A DNA stretch of 64,000 nt from positions 32,001 to 96,000 of IMG/VR virus record IMGVR_UViG_3300027848_000009. One strand, 5' to 3'. Every line of letters starts with the position of its first letter. Position 1 is the stretch's first letter. Source of the stretch: a virus. The notes under the pieces are model-generated. The model was not told where the DNA came from. It did no database searches and saw only the letters and a list, made by a program, of their open reading frames with translations. This document shows positions 46,276 to 56,215 of the stretch, piece by piece. The translations under genes and the position numbers were made by a program.

Positions 46276-48273
46276 CTATTTACGTAAACGCCATGCCCGT
46301 CGTGCCTCGGCTTCAGCGACCTTGGAAGGAGAATTAGCCAGAAGATTTACAAAATGGCTAGTGACGGATGCTTTTACAACCGTATTCCTGATCTCGGGAG
46401 AAGAAATTCCGTACGAGGAACGAATTTCCATTGTCAATTCTTCTCGCGACTGATCGACGATTGACCTGATTCGACCAAGAGCGGCATTCGCTGCCACGAC
46501 CATTTCTTCGCTGAAGTTGACAGACTTGCCTTCCATATTTTCCTTCATGATCGCCATAAGTACAGGACGAATGTCTTCGTCATATTGCTTGTACCAAACA
46601 TCTGCTGGCATGAACATGTCGACATCGAGAGTTCCTTCGAGCAACGCCTTCCTGCACTTCGACCCGGAAGCCTTCTCGATGACCACCCTTTGCTGACGCT
46701 CCATCAACCGCTCAATGCTTCGTTCAAGAATCTGAGTCCAACGCTCAAGCCCTTGTTCTTCCGCGACCTTGATTTCAATATTTTTGAATGCCGGGTCCGC
46801 CAATTGACCGTCCGGCTGTGCGGCAACAGCCGCTTGAGGTGACCCCTGCTCCGACGCCATTGATCCCTGCATCGTATTTGGATCCAATGGCGGCTGGTTC
46901 TGTGCAGCGACTTCACCCACCCCGCCCATCTCTGGGTCGCCGGACTGTTCTCCGCCCGGGTCGGCACCCGGAGGCATCCCGGGAACTCCCGGCTGAGGCC
47001 CGCCCATCTGCATCTCTGGCTTGGGCATTTCCTTTTCGGTATTGGCAACTGGCGTCAAGTTGGGGTTCATGAGCAGCGAGTCAGCAAGATCAGACTTGAC
47101 CTTCTTCTTCCCTGTTGCCGTGCGGTATTCGTTGGGGCTAATGAGGCCCTGCTGGAGTTCCTGAAGCAAATACTGCTCTCGCTCCTGCTTGTAGATCACG
47201 AGGATCGGCACTTCACTGGTGTCGAAATCGATGTAATGCTCATCGTCGAGTTCATCCAGCGACCGGGCAAGCGGCTCCAAGTGCGGCATCATGGTTTCGA
47301 TCCAGAAGACGCGGATTTCCTCTGCGGCATTCGAGAAAGTCCTGCCAGAAGCATTACCGATAACGGACTCCGGCACGCCGAAGGAGGCAAGGATCTCCTC
47401 CTTGGTTATTTGGCGCATCTGGATATAGGAAGCATCACGAGGGTTCGAAGATGTGTCCACGTAATCGACGCCATCTTCGGACGCGATTACCGTGGTTCCA
47501 CCAACGCGACCAAGGTTTCCGCGGAAGCGGTTCGCAAGTTCTGCCTTGTCGTCCTCGTCAATGTCCCCCTTGAGGACCAGCAGGCCACCCGGACGTCCAT
47601 CGTTGAGCAGGTAGTTCCGGTTGTAAAGTTTCGCCAAGTTCTCAATCTCGATAGCAACACCAGCGGATTCCATCGGAGTCAAGGAAAGGTATGGGTCAAG
47701 TGGGTGCGGTTTCCTGACCCAAATAACTTCACTAGGGGGAAGTATGATCTTGTCACCGCTTGGCATCGAAACCTCGTACCCGGAGACGAATGTCTTCGGG
47801 TCGGGGATGGGTGCCGTGTGCTGTGGCGGCAGGAGGTTGATGCCAATAATTCGCCCATCACGACCGCGAACTTTTTCGATAAAGGCCCCACGGCTACTCA
47901 TCAGCAATTGCGACGACAAGCGGTAACGGAAAGCGAACGAATTTTCACCAATATTGCTCTTGACGTTCAGTAAATCAAGGACCGAGGAGTTTTTCGCCTT
48001 AGATTTGGTGACGATTTCGCCTTCGGGGTCATTGTTTTTACGTAGCACTACCGGCAGCCGGGCTTGGTTTCCGGCGATCGCATCAATACACCGAGACACC
48101 CATACGACTTTCGCCATACCTTCTCGGTACGCCCGCTCGATGTCCCACGAATCTCGATACGCCCTGCCTGCAAAGTTGACGTTATTGGCGACAGGTGCCC
48201 CCACGCCAACTTTGGCAGCCTTGCTCGCCGAGTTTCCACCAAGCGACTTATTCTCCGTTGAGTTCCATGCCAT
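46276..48273 (-). CDS. HK97-family portal protein
   Basis: VSRCIDAIA, LTPMESAG, NDGRPGGLL, EILASFGVPES, ISPNEYR. Confidence 0.9.
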   Translation of the reverse strand: MAWNSTENKSLGGNSASKAAKVGVGAPVANNVNFAGRAYRDSWDIERAYREGMAKVVWVSRCIDAIAGNQARLPVVLRKNNDPEGEIVTKSKAKNSSVLDLLNVKSNIGENSFAFRYRLSSQLLMSSRGAFIEKVRGRDGRIIGINLLPPQHTAPIPDPKTFVSGYEVSMPSGDKIILPPSEVIWVRKPHPLDPYLSLTPMESAGVAIEIENLAKLYNRNYLLNDGRPGGLLVLKGDIDEDDKAELANRFRGNLGRVGGTTVIASEDGVDYVDTSSNPRDASYIQMRQITKEEILASFGVPESVIGNASGRTFSNAAEEIRVFWIETMMPHLEPLARSLDELDDEHYIDFDTSEVPILVIYKQEREQYLLQELQQGLISPNEYRTATGKKKVKSDLADSLLMNPNLTPVANTEKEMPKPEMQMGGPQPGVPGMPPGADPGGEQSGDPEMGGVGEVAAQNQPPLDPNTMQGSMASEQGSPQAAVAAQPDGQLADPAFKNIEIKVAEEQGLERWTQILERSIERLMERQQRVVIEKASGSKCRKALLEGTLDVDMFMPADVWYKQYDEDIRPVLMAIMKENMEGKSVNFSEEMVVAANAALGRIRSIVDQSREELTMEIRSSYGISSPEIRNTVVKASVTSHFVNLLANSPSKVAEAEARRAWRLRK

Positions 48274-48275
48274 AC

Positions 48276-48494
48276 TTACTCAAGTCCTAGTAACAGGCCA
48301 AATGCGCCGCTCGCAACTCCAGCGACAACAAGCCCCCATCCCGTAGAAATGGAGATGGCGACACCTGCGCTGGTAAGCACTATAAATGATAGCATCAAGA
48401 GGTTGGCGGCATTCTTTCTAGTGAATAATCTTCGAAAAAAAATTGCCAGCCGCATTCTAATTATCGCGACCTTCTTCGGTCCTTCTTTAGGCAT
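48276..48494 (-). CDS. Small membrane protein upstream of the portal gene
   Basis: Two TM helices; typical pre-portal position. Confidence 0.65.
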   Translation of the reverse strand: MPKEGPKKVAIIRMRLAIFFRRLFTRKNAANLLMLSFIVLTSAGVAISISTGWGLVVAGVASGAFGLLLGLE

Positions 48495-48554
48495 GGGTCA
48501 CAACTTAGCGCATCTTCCTACAGTATGGTAGGAACAACCACGAAGAGGTAAGCA

Positions 48555-50987
48555 ATGGCCGAACCAGACTGGGGCAAGGTTCTGGAATACCTAGAACCCA
48601 AGAAGCCCCAATACTGCCCAGAAGAAGCATCGTTGACACAGAAGGTGTTCCTGCGGACATACGCCCTTGAGGCGTTTTTTGGCGGAGCAGCTGGTGGTGG
48701 GAAAGCTGTTTCGGTAGACACACCCATACCCACACCCGAAGGTTTCAAACCAATCAAGGACATCCACCCCGGCGACGAAATCTTTGGCCTAGACGGTAAA
48801 CCATACTACGTCCTAGCCGAGTCTGAGATACACAAGAAGCCGACGTACCGTCTAACCTTTGACGACGGGTCCAGTGTCGCCGCCGCTGACGACCATGAAT
48901 GGCTCACATACGACGCCAAAGACATGGAAAGGCTCACCAAAGGAACCGACGAATACAGAGCTACCCGTAGAGCTACAAGAGAATCACGGGCCACTATGTC
49001 CCAAGGCCCCCGTAAATCGCTAGCCGTAGCCGAACGAAACAGGGTGGAATCCGCTAAGAATATCAAACCGCAACCTACCGGCAGCATCCGTACCACACAA
49101 GAAATTGTGGACACGCTCACGGTCCGCGGCGGGCGAGCTAACCACGCTATCCCTGTAGCCGCAGCTATCCAAACCCCACACGTAGACCTACCCATCGACC
49201 CCTACACGCTAGGGGCGTGGCTTGGAGACGGCTACTCTTCTGCTGGATCGATATGTGGCGAAGACCCTGAAATATGGGATGAGTGCCCATACGCAATCAA
49301 GTCTGTACGCCACCCCATTACAGACAACGCCAACTATGCCATAGTCCTGTTTGACGGCTTAAGAACACTTCTACGAACTAATAACCTCCTCAACAACAAG
49401 CATATTCCTCACGCTTACCTGTGGGCCTCTGAAGAACAACGTGTCGCAATACTCCAAGGCCTCATGGACACTGACGGAAACGTGAATGGAGCTAGCGTCG
49501 AATTCGTAAACACAAACAAAAACTTGGTAGAAGGCGTGGCGCATCTTGCACGCTCACTCGGAATGAAAGTTAATGTTCGAGAAGGACAGTCCACCCTTTA
49601 CGGTATTGTAAAGGGACTCAAATGGACGGTAAAGTTTGCTGCCAACAGGACTGTGTTCAAACTGGCACGAAAGGCCAACACGCAGAAAATTGCTGCACGC
49701 CGCACAAACAGGTTCCGCTACATCAAGGGTGTCGAACTTCTTGGGGACACCAACGTCAAATGTATCAAAGTTTCGTCCCCCGACAACCTGTTCCTATGCG
49801 ACGAGCACTTTATCCCAACACACAATTCGTCGGCCCTTCTGATGGCTGCCCTTCAGTACGTCGACGTTCCGGGCTACAGCGCGATTCTCTTCCGTCGAAC
49901 GTACGCCGACCTCGCTCTCCCCGGAGCCATCATGGACCGTTTTCAGTCGTGGCTCGCGAATGAAGAGGATGTCAGGTGGAACGCCAACAATTACACGGCG
50001 ACCTTTCCTAGTGGTGCCCGCATCACCTTCGGCTATCTAAACAATGTGAACGATTATTTACGCTATAAGGGATCAGAGTTTCAGTTTATTGGGGTGGACG
50101 AGGTGACGGAAATCAGGGAATCTGATTACCGGTACCTATTCTCTCGCCTCCGTCGCCCGGCGAGCGGCCCGCTGGCAAAGGTTCCGCTGAGGATGAGGGC
50201 GGCATCAAACCCTGCTCCCAACTGGGTCCGTCAACGGTTCATCGTTGAGGGAATGGCAGCTGGGAGAATTTTTGTCCCATCGAAACTTACCGACAACCCG
50301 GGAATTGACGCAGAGTCGTACCGTCAGTCACTGAGTGAGCTTGATCCCGTCGAGCGACGTCGGCTAGAAGAGGGCGATTGGTGGTCGACGACCCTTGGCT
50401 CGCTGTTCGAGAGGGAGAGTATCGTCCTGCTGGACCCTCACGAAGTGCCAGAAATTACGTCGGCGGCAAGGGCTGTTCGTTTTTGGGACTTGGCGGCATC
50501 GGAGCCATCTCCCTCTTATCCTGATCCGGACTGGACGGTCGGAACCTTGATGCTTTTCGATAAAGGGATCGCCCATATTTTGGATGTCCAGAGGGCGAGG
50601 GTGAAGGGCGAGAAGGTCGAGCAGCTGATCGCCCAGACCGCATACGAGGATGGTCACGCCGTTGCGATCAGGATGGAGCAGGAGCCGGGTTCGGCGGGCA
50701 AGGCGCTGGTGGATCAGTACGCCCGATATGTGCTTTCCGGTTTCGACTTTGGGGGGATTCGCTCGACGGGAGATAAATTGACTCGCGCTCGTCCGTTTGC
50801 TGCCGCGGTTGCAAATGGGAACGTGCGCTGTGTAAGATCAGTGTGGCTGACGGATTGGCTTGACGAATTGTCATCCTTTCCTGAAGCCGCGAACCACGAC
50901 GACCAAGTCGACTCCGCTGTCGGCGCTTTTACATTTTTAACCGGATTGGGTTTGCCTCAGCGGAAAAGAATCGCTATAGTCGTCTAG
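48555..50987 (+). CDS. terL: Terminase large subunit containing an intein
   Basis: GGAAGGGK|S Walker A, IGVDEVTE Walker B, ASNP, WDLAA, HDDQVD. Confidence 0.92.
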   Translation: MAEPDWGKVLEYLEPKKPQYCPEEASLTQKVFLRTYALEAFFGGAAGGGKAVSVDTPIPTPEGFKPIKDIHPGDEIFGLDGKPYYVLAESEIHKKPTYRLTFDDGSSVAAADDHEWLTYDAKDMERLTKGTDEYRATRRATRESRATMSQGPRKSLAVAERNRVESAKNIKPQPTGSIRTTQEIVDTLTVRGGRANHAIPVAAAIQTPHVDLPIDPYTLGAWLGDGYSSAGSICGEDPEIWDECPYAIKSVRHPITDNANYAIVLFDGLRTLLRTNNLLNNKHIPHAYLWASEEQRVAILQGLMDTDGNVNGASVEFVNTNKNLVEGVAHLARSLGMKVNVREGQSTLYGIVKGLKWTVKFAANRTVFKLARKANTQKIAARRTNRFRYIKGVELLGDTNVKCIKVSSPDNLFLCDEHFIPTHNSSALLMAALQYVDVPGYSAILFRRTYADLALPGAIMDRFQSWLANEEDVRWNANNYTATFPSGARITFGYLNNVNDYLRYKGSEFQFIGVDEVTEIRESDYRYLFSRLRRPASGPLAKVPLRMRAASNPAPNWVRQRFIVEGMAAGRIFVPSKLTDNPGIDAESYRQSLSELDPVERRRLEEGDWWSTTLGSLFERESIVLLDPHEVPEITSAARAVRFWDLAASEPSPSYPDPDWTVGTLMLFDKGIAHILDVQRARVKGEKVEQLIAQTAYEDGHAVAIRMEQEPGSAGKALVDQYARYVLSGFDFGGIRSTGDKLTRARPFAAAVANGNVRCVRSVWLTDWLDELSSFPEAANHDDQVDSAVGAFTFLTGLGLPQRKRIAIVV
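48705..49826 (+). mobile_element. Class 3 intein with LAGLIDADG homing endonuclease (374 aa)
   Basis: Starts with Ala (AVSVDTPIPT), ends PTHN|S; DHEW, VKCIKV and PTHN supply the W-C-T triplet; LGAWLGDG and LQGLMDTDG. Confidence 0.88.
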
Positions 50988-51022
50988 TAATCCACCCACT
51001 CCAACTACTACCGGAGACATAA

Positions 51023-51523
51023 ATGACTACTAACCCGATTGAGGACGTGAAGACTCTTCGTCGCCTCATCATGACACTTGACAAAATCGTCACCGATTAC
51101 ATCGAGGGAGATCCGGACCCAGCCGAAGCAGCCGGTCTGTTCCTTGAAATGAACCTCGCAAAGCTCGACGTTTCATACCTGTATTCGTCCGTCGAGGGTC
51201 GATTGATCTCTCTCTTGAAGGACGACATCATGACGTTGCGTGACGGAGCCATAATCGAGCGCAGGACCGCTTCGTCTCGAACCAAATGGCAGCACAAAGA
51301 GATTGCGTCAGCCGTAGTTGACCGCATCATCCGCTCGTCCGTCGACGTCGATACCGGTGAAGTGATGCTCGCTCCGACGGATATCGCCATGAAAATTCTG
51401 GACTATGTCCAGCCTTCGTACTGGCGTGCAAAAAAACTCGGAGAAATTGGGATCAACCCAGACATGTACTGCGAGTCCGAACACAAAACCAACATCGTCG
51501 TTCGAAAGGGGAACGCAGAATGA
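51023..51523 (+). CDS. Hypothetical protein
   Basis: GGAG RBS; first gene of the recombination cluster. Confidence 0.65.
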   Translation: MTTNPIEDVKTLRRLIMTLDKIVTDYIEGDPDPAEAAGLFLEMNLAKLDVSYLYSSVEGRLISLLKDDIMTLRDGAIIERRTASSRTKWQHKEIASAVVDRIIRSSVDVDTGEVMLAPTDIAMKILDYVQPSYWRAKKLGEIGINPDMYCESEHKTNIVVRKGNAE

Positions 51524-52185
51524 CCGTCAGTCACCTACTCCAACAATTTTCGGAACCATTTCCGAAAGAAGTTGAACGAAGCCTCAAAAAGGGTGGAGTC
51601 AACCTCATCTACATCCCAGTCAGCGAAGTGATCACTCGCCTCAATAATGTTCTGGGTCCTGACAACTGGACCTCGGAAATCATCCGTTGCGAACGCGATT
51701 CGCTTGATCCCGAGTTCGTCGTCGCCCATGTCCGACTTGTCATAACATTCGAGGGCGAAGACGGCTTCCAGAAAATGGTTGCAAAGGATGGCGTCGGAGG
51801 TCAGAAGATTAAGCGCACGAAGCAGGGCGACATTGTCGACCTTGGTGACGAATTCAAGGGCGCTGTTTCCGATGCTCTCAAAAAAACCGCCCAGCAGTTA
51901 GGCATCGGTCTCTACCTTGCTCGCACCGGCGAGTCTCTAGCCATCGAAGTCGAAGCGTCGCGTCCTGTTATCGACGAAGCAACAGTTGAGTTGTGGACCA
52001 AATTCTTGGGCTACACGAAAGAGATGAACGCTGACCAAAAGGCCGAGTTGGGTAACGTTTGGTCGGAGTTCTCTGACGGAGCACCAAAACCGACCCTCGA
52101 TACGGCTACGGCAGAAGATTTGGAGTTCCTGATCGTTGAGTCCACCCGCATCTCGCTTGGGGGCGAATGGACTGAACAGGAATGA
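51520..52185 (+). CDS. Rad52/Rad22-like (Sak) single-strand annealing protein
   Basis: YIPVSEVITRLNNVLG, KDGVG, KGAVSDALKK..GIGLYL. Confidence 0.85.
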   Translation: MTVSHLLQQFSEPFPKEVERSLKKGGVNLIYIPVSEVITRLNNVLGPDNWTSEIIRCERDSLDPEFVVAHVRLVITFEGEDGFQKMVAKDGVGGQKIKRTKQGDIVDLGDEFKGAVSDALKKTAQQLGIGLYLARTGESLAIEVEASRPVIDEATVELWTKFLGYTKEMNADQKAELGNVWSEFSDGAPKPTLDTATAEDLEFLIVESTRISLGGEWTEQE

Positions 52186-52967
52186 CGAATTTGGTGGTCG
52201 AGCCACTCGTTCCCCCTCCGCATCTTTCTCCATCGTCAATGGGGACGTTCAATCAGTGCCCGCAGAAATTTAGGTACAGCAAGATTGAACAAATATCCGA
52301 TGAGCCAACTTCTGCAACCCTGATGGGCAACTTCGTACACGAAGTCCTCGAATATTTTTACGCCGCCCAAAGCGAACACAGGACAATCGGAACGCTTAAG
52401 ACTTTGGCGAGTACAACGTGGGAGAAGAGCGATTGGCTGGATCGAGTCACCCCTTGGATCGGCAATGACGCTGAAGTGATCAGAATGTTCCGTTGGAACT
52501 CTTGGTGGTGTCTGGAAAACATCTTCAAGGTCGAACAACCAGAGACCGTAGATCCAACCTATATCGAATACGAACTGAATGGCGATCTCGCAGGGGTGAG
52601 GTTGAAGGGATTCATTGACCGTCTGACGATCAACGACACAGAGACGGTCATCGCCGATTACAAGACAGGCAAAACTCCGCAACCGAAGTGGGTTGCCGAC
52701 AAGTTTTTGCAGTTGAAGATTTATGGTTCCCTAACTGTCGAACTTGGTGTTGGGCGACCCGATTATCTTTCCCTGTTGTATCTAAAAGACGGAACCCTTT
52801 TCCGTCACGAATTCACGGATGACGACATCGAGGAGACTCGCGTCTACGTCAGGACAACAAAAGATGCCATCGATAAGGCGTGCGCCACTCACGAGTTCGA
52901 AACCCGAAAGTCACGATTGTGTGACTGGTGCGCATACAAGCGCATCTGCCCAGCATGGAGACGTTAA
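52182..52967 (+). CDS. RecB/Cas4-like PD-(D/E)xK exonuclease
   Basis: LSPSS..CP, GNFVHEVLE, GFIDRL, DYKTGK, QLKIY, CDWC..CP. Confidence 0.88.
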   Translation: MTNLVVEPLVPPPHLSPSSMGTFNQCPQKFRYSKIEQISDEPTSATLMGNFVHEVLEYFYAAQSEHRTIGTLKTLASTTWEKSDWLDRVTPWIGNDAEVIRMFRWNSWWCLENIFKVEQPETVDPTYIEYELNGDLAGVRLKGFIDRLTINDTETVIADYKTGKTPQPKWVADKFLQLKIYGSLTVELGVGRPDYLSLLYLKDGTLFRHEFTDDDIEETRVYVRTTKDAIDKACATHEFETRKSRLCDWCAYKRICPAWRR

Positions 52968-53470
52968 TGCTTACCGATGACATTTTTGCGCAGATGGTCG
53001 CCGAGGAAGTGAAGAACAAACTTACACCATCGCGAAGATCAGAGTTGATGCAAAAAGAGAATTGGGACAGGTGGAAGCGCGCCCTAGGAGGTCTCATGAA
53101 CAACATCAACGAACAGATCGACTCCCTAAAAATTGACGCCGAGGCGGACCATTCCCGCTATCGGGCAATGGGTAGCGATGGCAAGAATCTTGTGGAGATG
53201 GCGGAGGCTGCATATTCGCAGCGGTTAAAGAAAATCAATCGCTTTAGATTCCATGTAGAGAATCGTCTCGCTCAAGTTGACAGCATGATTCAGGGTAAGG
53301 GATTGGTTGAGGAGGCGTCATCTAATGATGTCGAGTTCTACAGGAACGCGATTGAAGAGCATCGAAAGCTGCTAGACCAGCACGACATAGAGGCAACGGC
53401 GGTGGATAAAGCCCTGTGGGCGGCTCTTGAGCGCAGATGGGAATTCGATCAGATTAAGGTGGATTGGTAA
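52967..53470 (+). CDS. Hypothetical helical protein
   Basis: TAATG overlap. Confidence 0.65.
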   Translation: MLTDDIFAQMVAEEVKNKLTPSRRSELMQKENWDRWKRALGGLMNNINEQIDSLKIDAEADHSRYRAMGSDGKNLVEMAEAAYSQRLKKINRFRFHVENRLAQVDSMIQGKGLVEEASSNDVEFYRNAIEEHRKLLDQHDIEATAVDKALWAALERRWEFDQIKVDW

Positions 53471-53823
53471 TGAAAAGAACTCCCTTGAATAAGAAATCCT
53501 CCCTAAAGCGAAGTGGCTTTTCTCGCCGCCGGAGCAAGAAAATGGAGGAGACTTACAAGGAGCGTCGAAAGCTGGTGGAACGCATGTTGGGCGAGCAGCC
53601 GTATTGCCAAGCGTGCCCTGTTTTCGCCAGACATGATGGAGTTGCTACATATGTCAGGAATGGGAGCGTTGACATCCATGAACTTGTTCGACGAAGTCAG
53701 GGTGGATCGATCTTGGATGAGTCGAACTGTATGGCTGTGTGTCGGCCTTGTCATATGCGTATTGGAAATAACCCACAACTTGCTTTCGATTTAGGTCTCG
53801 CTAAAAAGAGTTGGGAAAGATGA
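53470..53823 (+). CDS. HNH endonuclease
   Basis: CQAC..DIHELVRRSQGG..NCMAVCRPCH. Confidence 0.82.
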   Translation: MKRTPLNKKSSLKRSGFSRRRSKKMEETYKERRKLVERMLGEQPYCQACPVFARHDGVATYVRNGSVDIHELVRRSQGGSILDESNCMAVCRPCHMRIGNNPQLAFDLGLAKKSWER

Positions 53824-54332
53824 TTCCTTTAGGTATCGATCCTTCGCTTACGTCATCTGGTTTCTGTGTTGGGGACAAGATGTTTAGCTATAACCCTAAA
53901 ACGAAAGGCGTGGAGAGACTTATCGAGATCCGGGATTTGATGATTTCGCTGATCGAAGATGAATCTGTTGATGCCGTAGTAATCGAAGGTTACGCCTTTG
54001 GCGCACGCAACTCTCATGCGCATGGGCTTGGAGAACTTGGCGGAGTGCTGCGGGTTGCTGTACGCGAAGCAGATATTTGCTTGGTGGACGTCCCACCCAC
54101 TCTTCGCGCGAAGTTTGCTACTGGTAGAGGAAACGCAAGTAAATCTGAGGTCGTCAGCGCCGTTTCTGCTCGAACCGGAATCCTTTTCGAGGGCAGAGGC
54201 GCTGATGACATGTGTGACGCTTGGCTGTTTAGGGAGATGGCGTGGGCGGCGAAGGGTAGAAGCAAATATGAGTGGCCAAAACTGAACTTGGACGCTTTGG
54301 AAAAAATTGACTGGACCGAACTTCCATTTTAA
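53820..54332 (+). CDS. ruvC: RuvC-like Holliday junction resolvase
   Basis: LGIDPSLTSSG, VVIEG, KFATGRGNASK, DDMCDA. Confidence 0.85.
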   Translation: MIPLGIDPSLTSSGFCVGDKMFSYNPKTKGVERLIEIRDLMISLIEDESVDAVVIEGYAFGARNSHAHGLGELGGVLRVAVREADICLVDVPPTLRAKFATGRGNASKSEVVSAVSARTGILFEGRGADDMCDAWLFREMAWAAKGRSKYEWPKLNLDALEKIDWTELPF

Positions 54333-54340
54333 GGAGCATT

Positions 54341-54685
54341 ATGAACAGGCGATCACAACCTATTAGTCAAGTTGAGATTGAAGAAAGTCTTTTGCGTCTC
54401 GTAGACGATCTGGAAGATGAGACTGAAGCATTCGAAGTCCTCTCAGAAGATCTCGCAAAGAAAGAGTCGCTCTACAAAGCAAATTGGGCGAAAGAGTACC
54501 TTGGTGCAAAAGGCTCCATCAAGGAACGCGAGTCATGGGCTGATTACAAAATGGCTGACGCTCACTACGACTACAAGATTGCCGAGGCTCTACTGAAGGC
54601 AAAGCGTGAAAAATTGTTGTCGTTGCGGACGGCTATCGACGCCATGAGAACACTGAATGCAAATGTTCGCGCTCAGGTTGTGTGA
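54341..54685 (+). CDS. Coiled-coil hypothetical protein, homolog of 4699..5094
   Basis: AAGGAG RBS; shared terminal motifs. Confidence 0.7.
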   Translation: MNRRSQPISQVEIEESLLRLVDDLEDETEAFEVLSEDLAKKESLYKANWAKEYLGAKGSIKERESWADYKMADAHYDYKIAEALLKAKREKLLSLRTAIDAMRTLNANVRAQVV

Positions 54686-55302
54686 TGAGTTCTGATCGTT
54701 ACAACTCGTTCCCTATAGTGTCGCTGAATGGGTACGTTGCAGATTTAAGTTCCGGCTACGGCATCAAAAATGACGTAATTGTTTCTCAGATCATCGACTA
54801 TGACCAAGTGGTTGATCCAACCGGAAAGATGTCGCTAGAGAACAACCACACCTATTACGAGGACAACCTTCTCCCTGACACCGAAGAAATAGAGCATCTG
54901 AAGAGTGTCATCGTTGAAATCATGTCGGACATAACCGGGCGAGATTATCTGATCACCGAAAGTTGGTCGATCATTCTCGAATCGGGCCAATCGATATCCG
55001 CTCACTCTCATAACGTCCACGCCGCGGTCGACCTGAACGAATATTTCGCTTTTGCATACTATCCGTTCGCTCCCGCCGGGTCGTGCTCCCTGCAGTTTCT
55101 TTCGACCCACAGCAACACGATCAGCACGACTGTTTCAGCGGGAATCAAAACTGGGACTTTGTTGATCTTCAACTCCTACCTCCTCCACTGGACCAACCGT
55201 CAAATGGGTGGATCGGACAGGGTCAGCGTGAGTGGCAATCTTGCTCCAGTTTCCCCGACTACGGTGCCAATGGACGACTGGTCGAAATACTCTAAAGGAT
55301 AA
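54685..55302 (+). CDS. Putative 2OG-Fe(II) oxygenase
   Basis: SW..GQSISAHSH, FAYYP, GTLLIFNSYLLH, RVSVSGN. Confidence 0.8.
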   Translation: MSSDRYNSFPIVSLNGYVADLSSGYGIKNDVIVSQIIDYDQVVDPTGKMSLENNHTYYEDNLLPDTEEIEHLKSVIVEIMSDITGRDYLITESWSIILESGQSISAHSHNVHAAVDLNEYFAFAYYPFAPAGSCSLQFLSTHSNTISTTVSAGIKTGTLLIFNSYLLHWTNRQMGGSDRVSVSGNLAPVSPTTVPMDDWSKYSKG

Positions 55303-55312
55303 ATACTTAGCC

Positions 55313-56098
55313 ATGATTGAAAACATCGATAAATCTCTCAAAAGTTTACTCGTCGACATCGACGGCCTTCGCCCCTTGGAAGGTAATCCTCGAAAGGGAA
55401 ACGTGGATGCGATCATGGCGTCGTACCGAGAGTTCGGTCAGATGAAACCCATCGTGATTCACGTAAGTGACGATGGTTCCAAAACCGTGAAAACCGTGAT
55501 TGCGGGCAACCATCAGTTGGAGGCGGCGCGACGACTGGGCTGGACGCAAATAGCGGCCGTCCAAATGGATGTCGATCCAGAAAAAGCCGTAGCGTTTGCT
55601 CTTGCTGACAATAGGACGACGGAAATGGGTCACAGCGATTCCGCTCTCGTCTACGATTTGATGCAGACGATTCAAGAGTCCGACTACGATGATCTTTTTG
55701 AAAATCTTGGGTGGGACGAATTCGAAATTGCTGTTCTCGAAGAATTTTCCTACAGCCAGTCAGGCGATGTTGCTTCCTCTGGCGGTTTCACGCCGCCGGT
55801 AATCACTGTTCCGGATCCCTTCCAGTTCAACGTTGAGCCCGCCGTTGACGGCGAGGAAGCGCGAATCGTTGCTGGCCCAGACGTCGACCACAAGCAGGTC
55901 GCGATTCAAGGGAGTACCGTGGCATCGCCGGGCTCTGCACCTCAAGCGGTCGTTCAATACACACTTGTTTTTGATGACCCGGCCCAGCAGCGACGATGGT
56001 ACGACTTTATTCGTTGGCTGCGGAACGACGTTGGTTACGACGGTGACACTACGGCTCAAAAAATAATTTCGTTCATCGATGCGCACTCGGAAGTGTGA
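55313..56098 (+). CDS. ParB/Srx-like N-terminal domain protein
   Basis: NPRKGNVDAI, FGQMKPIV, IAGNHQLEAA, ALADNRT. Confidence 0.85.
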   Translation: MIENIDKSLKSLLVDIDGLRPLEGNPRKGNVDAIMASYREFGQMKPIVIHVSDDGSKTVKTVIAGNHQLEAARRLGWTQIAAVQMDVDPEKAVAFALADNRTTEMGHSDSALVYDLMQTIQESDYDDLFENLGWDEFEIAVLEEFSYSQSGDVASSGGFTPPVITVPDPFQFNVEPAVDGEEARIVAGPDVDHKQVAIQGSTVASPGSAPQAVVQYTLVFDDPAQQRRWYDFIRWLRNDVGYDGDTTAQKIISFIDAHSEV

Positions 56099-56215
56099 TG
56101 TGGTTTACGAATATGGATTTGTTGAACTCGATGACGCGATGGCAGATGAAGCATTCTTCAAGAAAAAAACTCCGGTAACATTTGCATCTTGGGTGGGAAA
56201 CGGTACAGTTGGTCC

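Noticed and set aside
52182-52967. Cas4 as evidence of a CRISPR system
   Set aside because: Sits with Rad52-like and RuvC genes as an ordinary phage recombination exonuclease; no array
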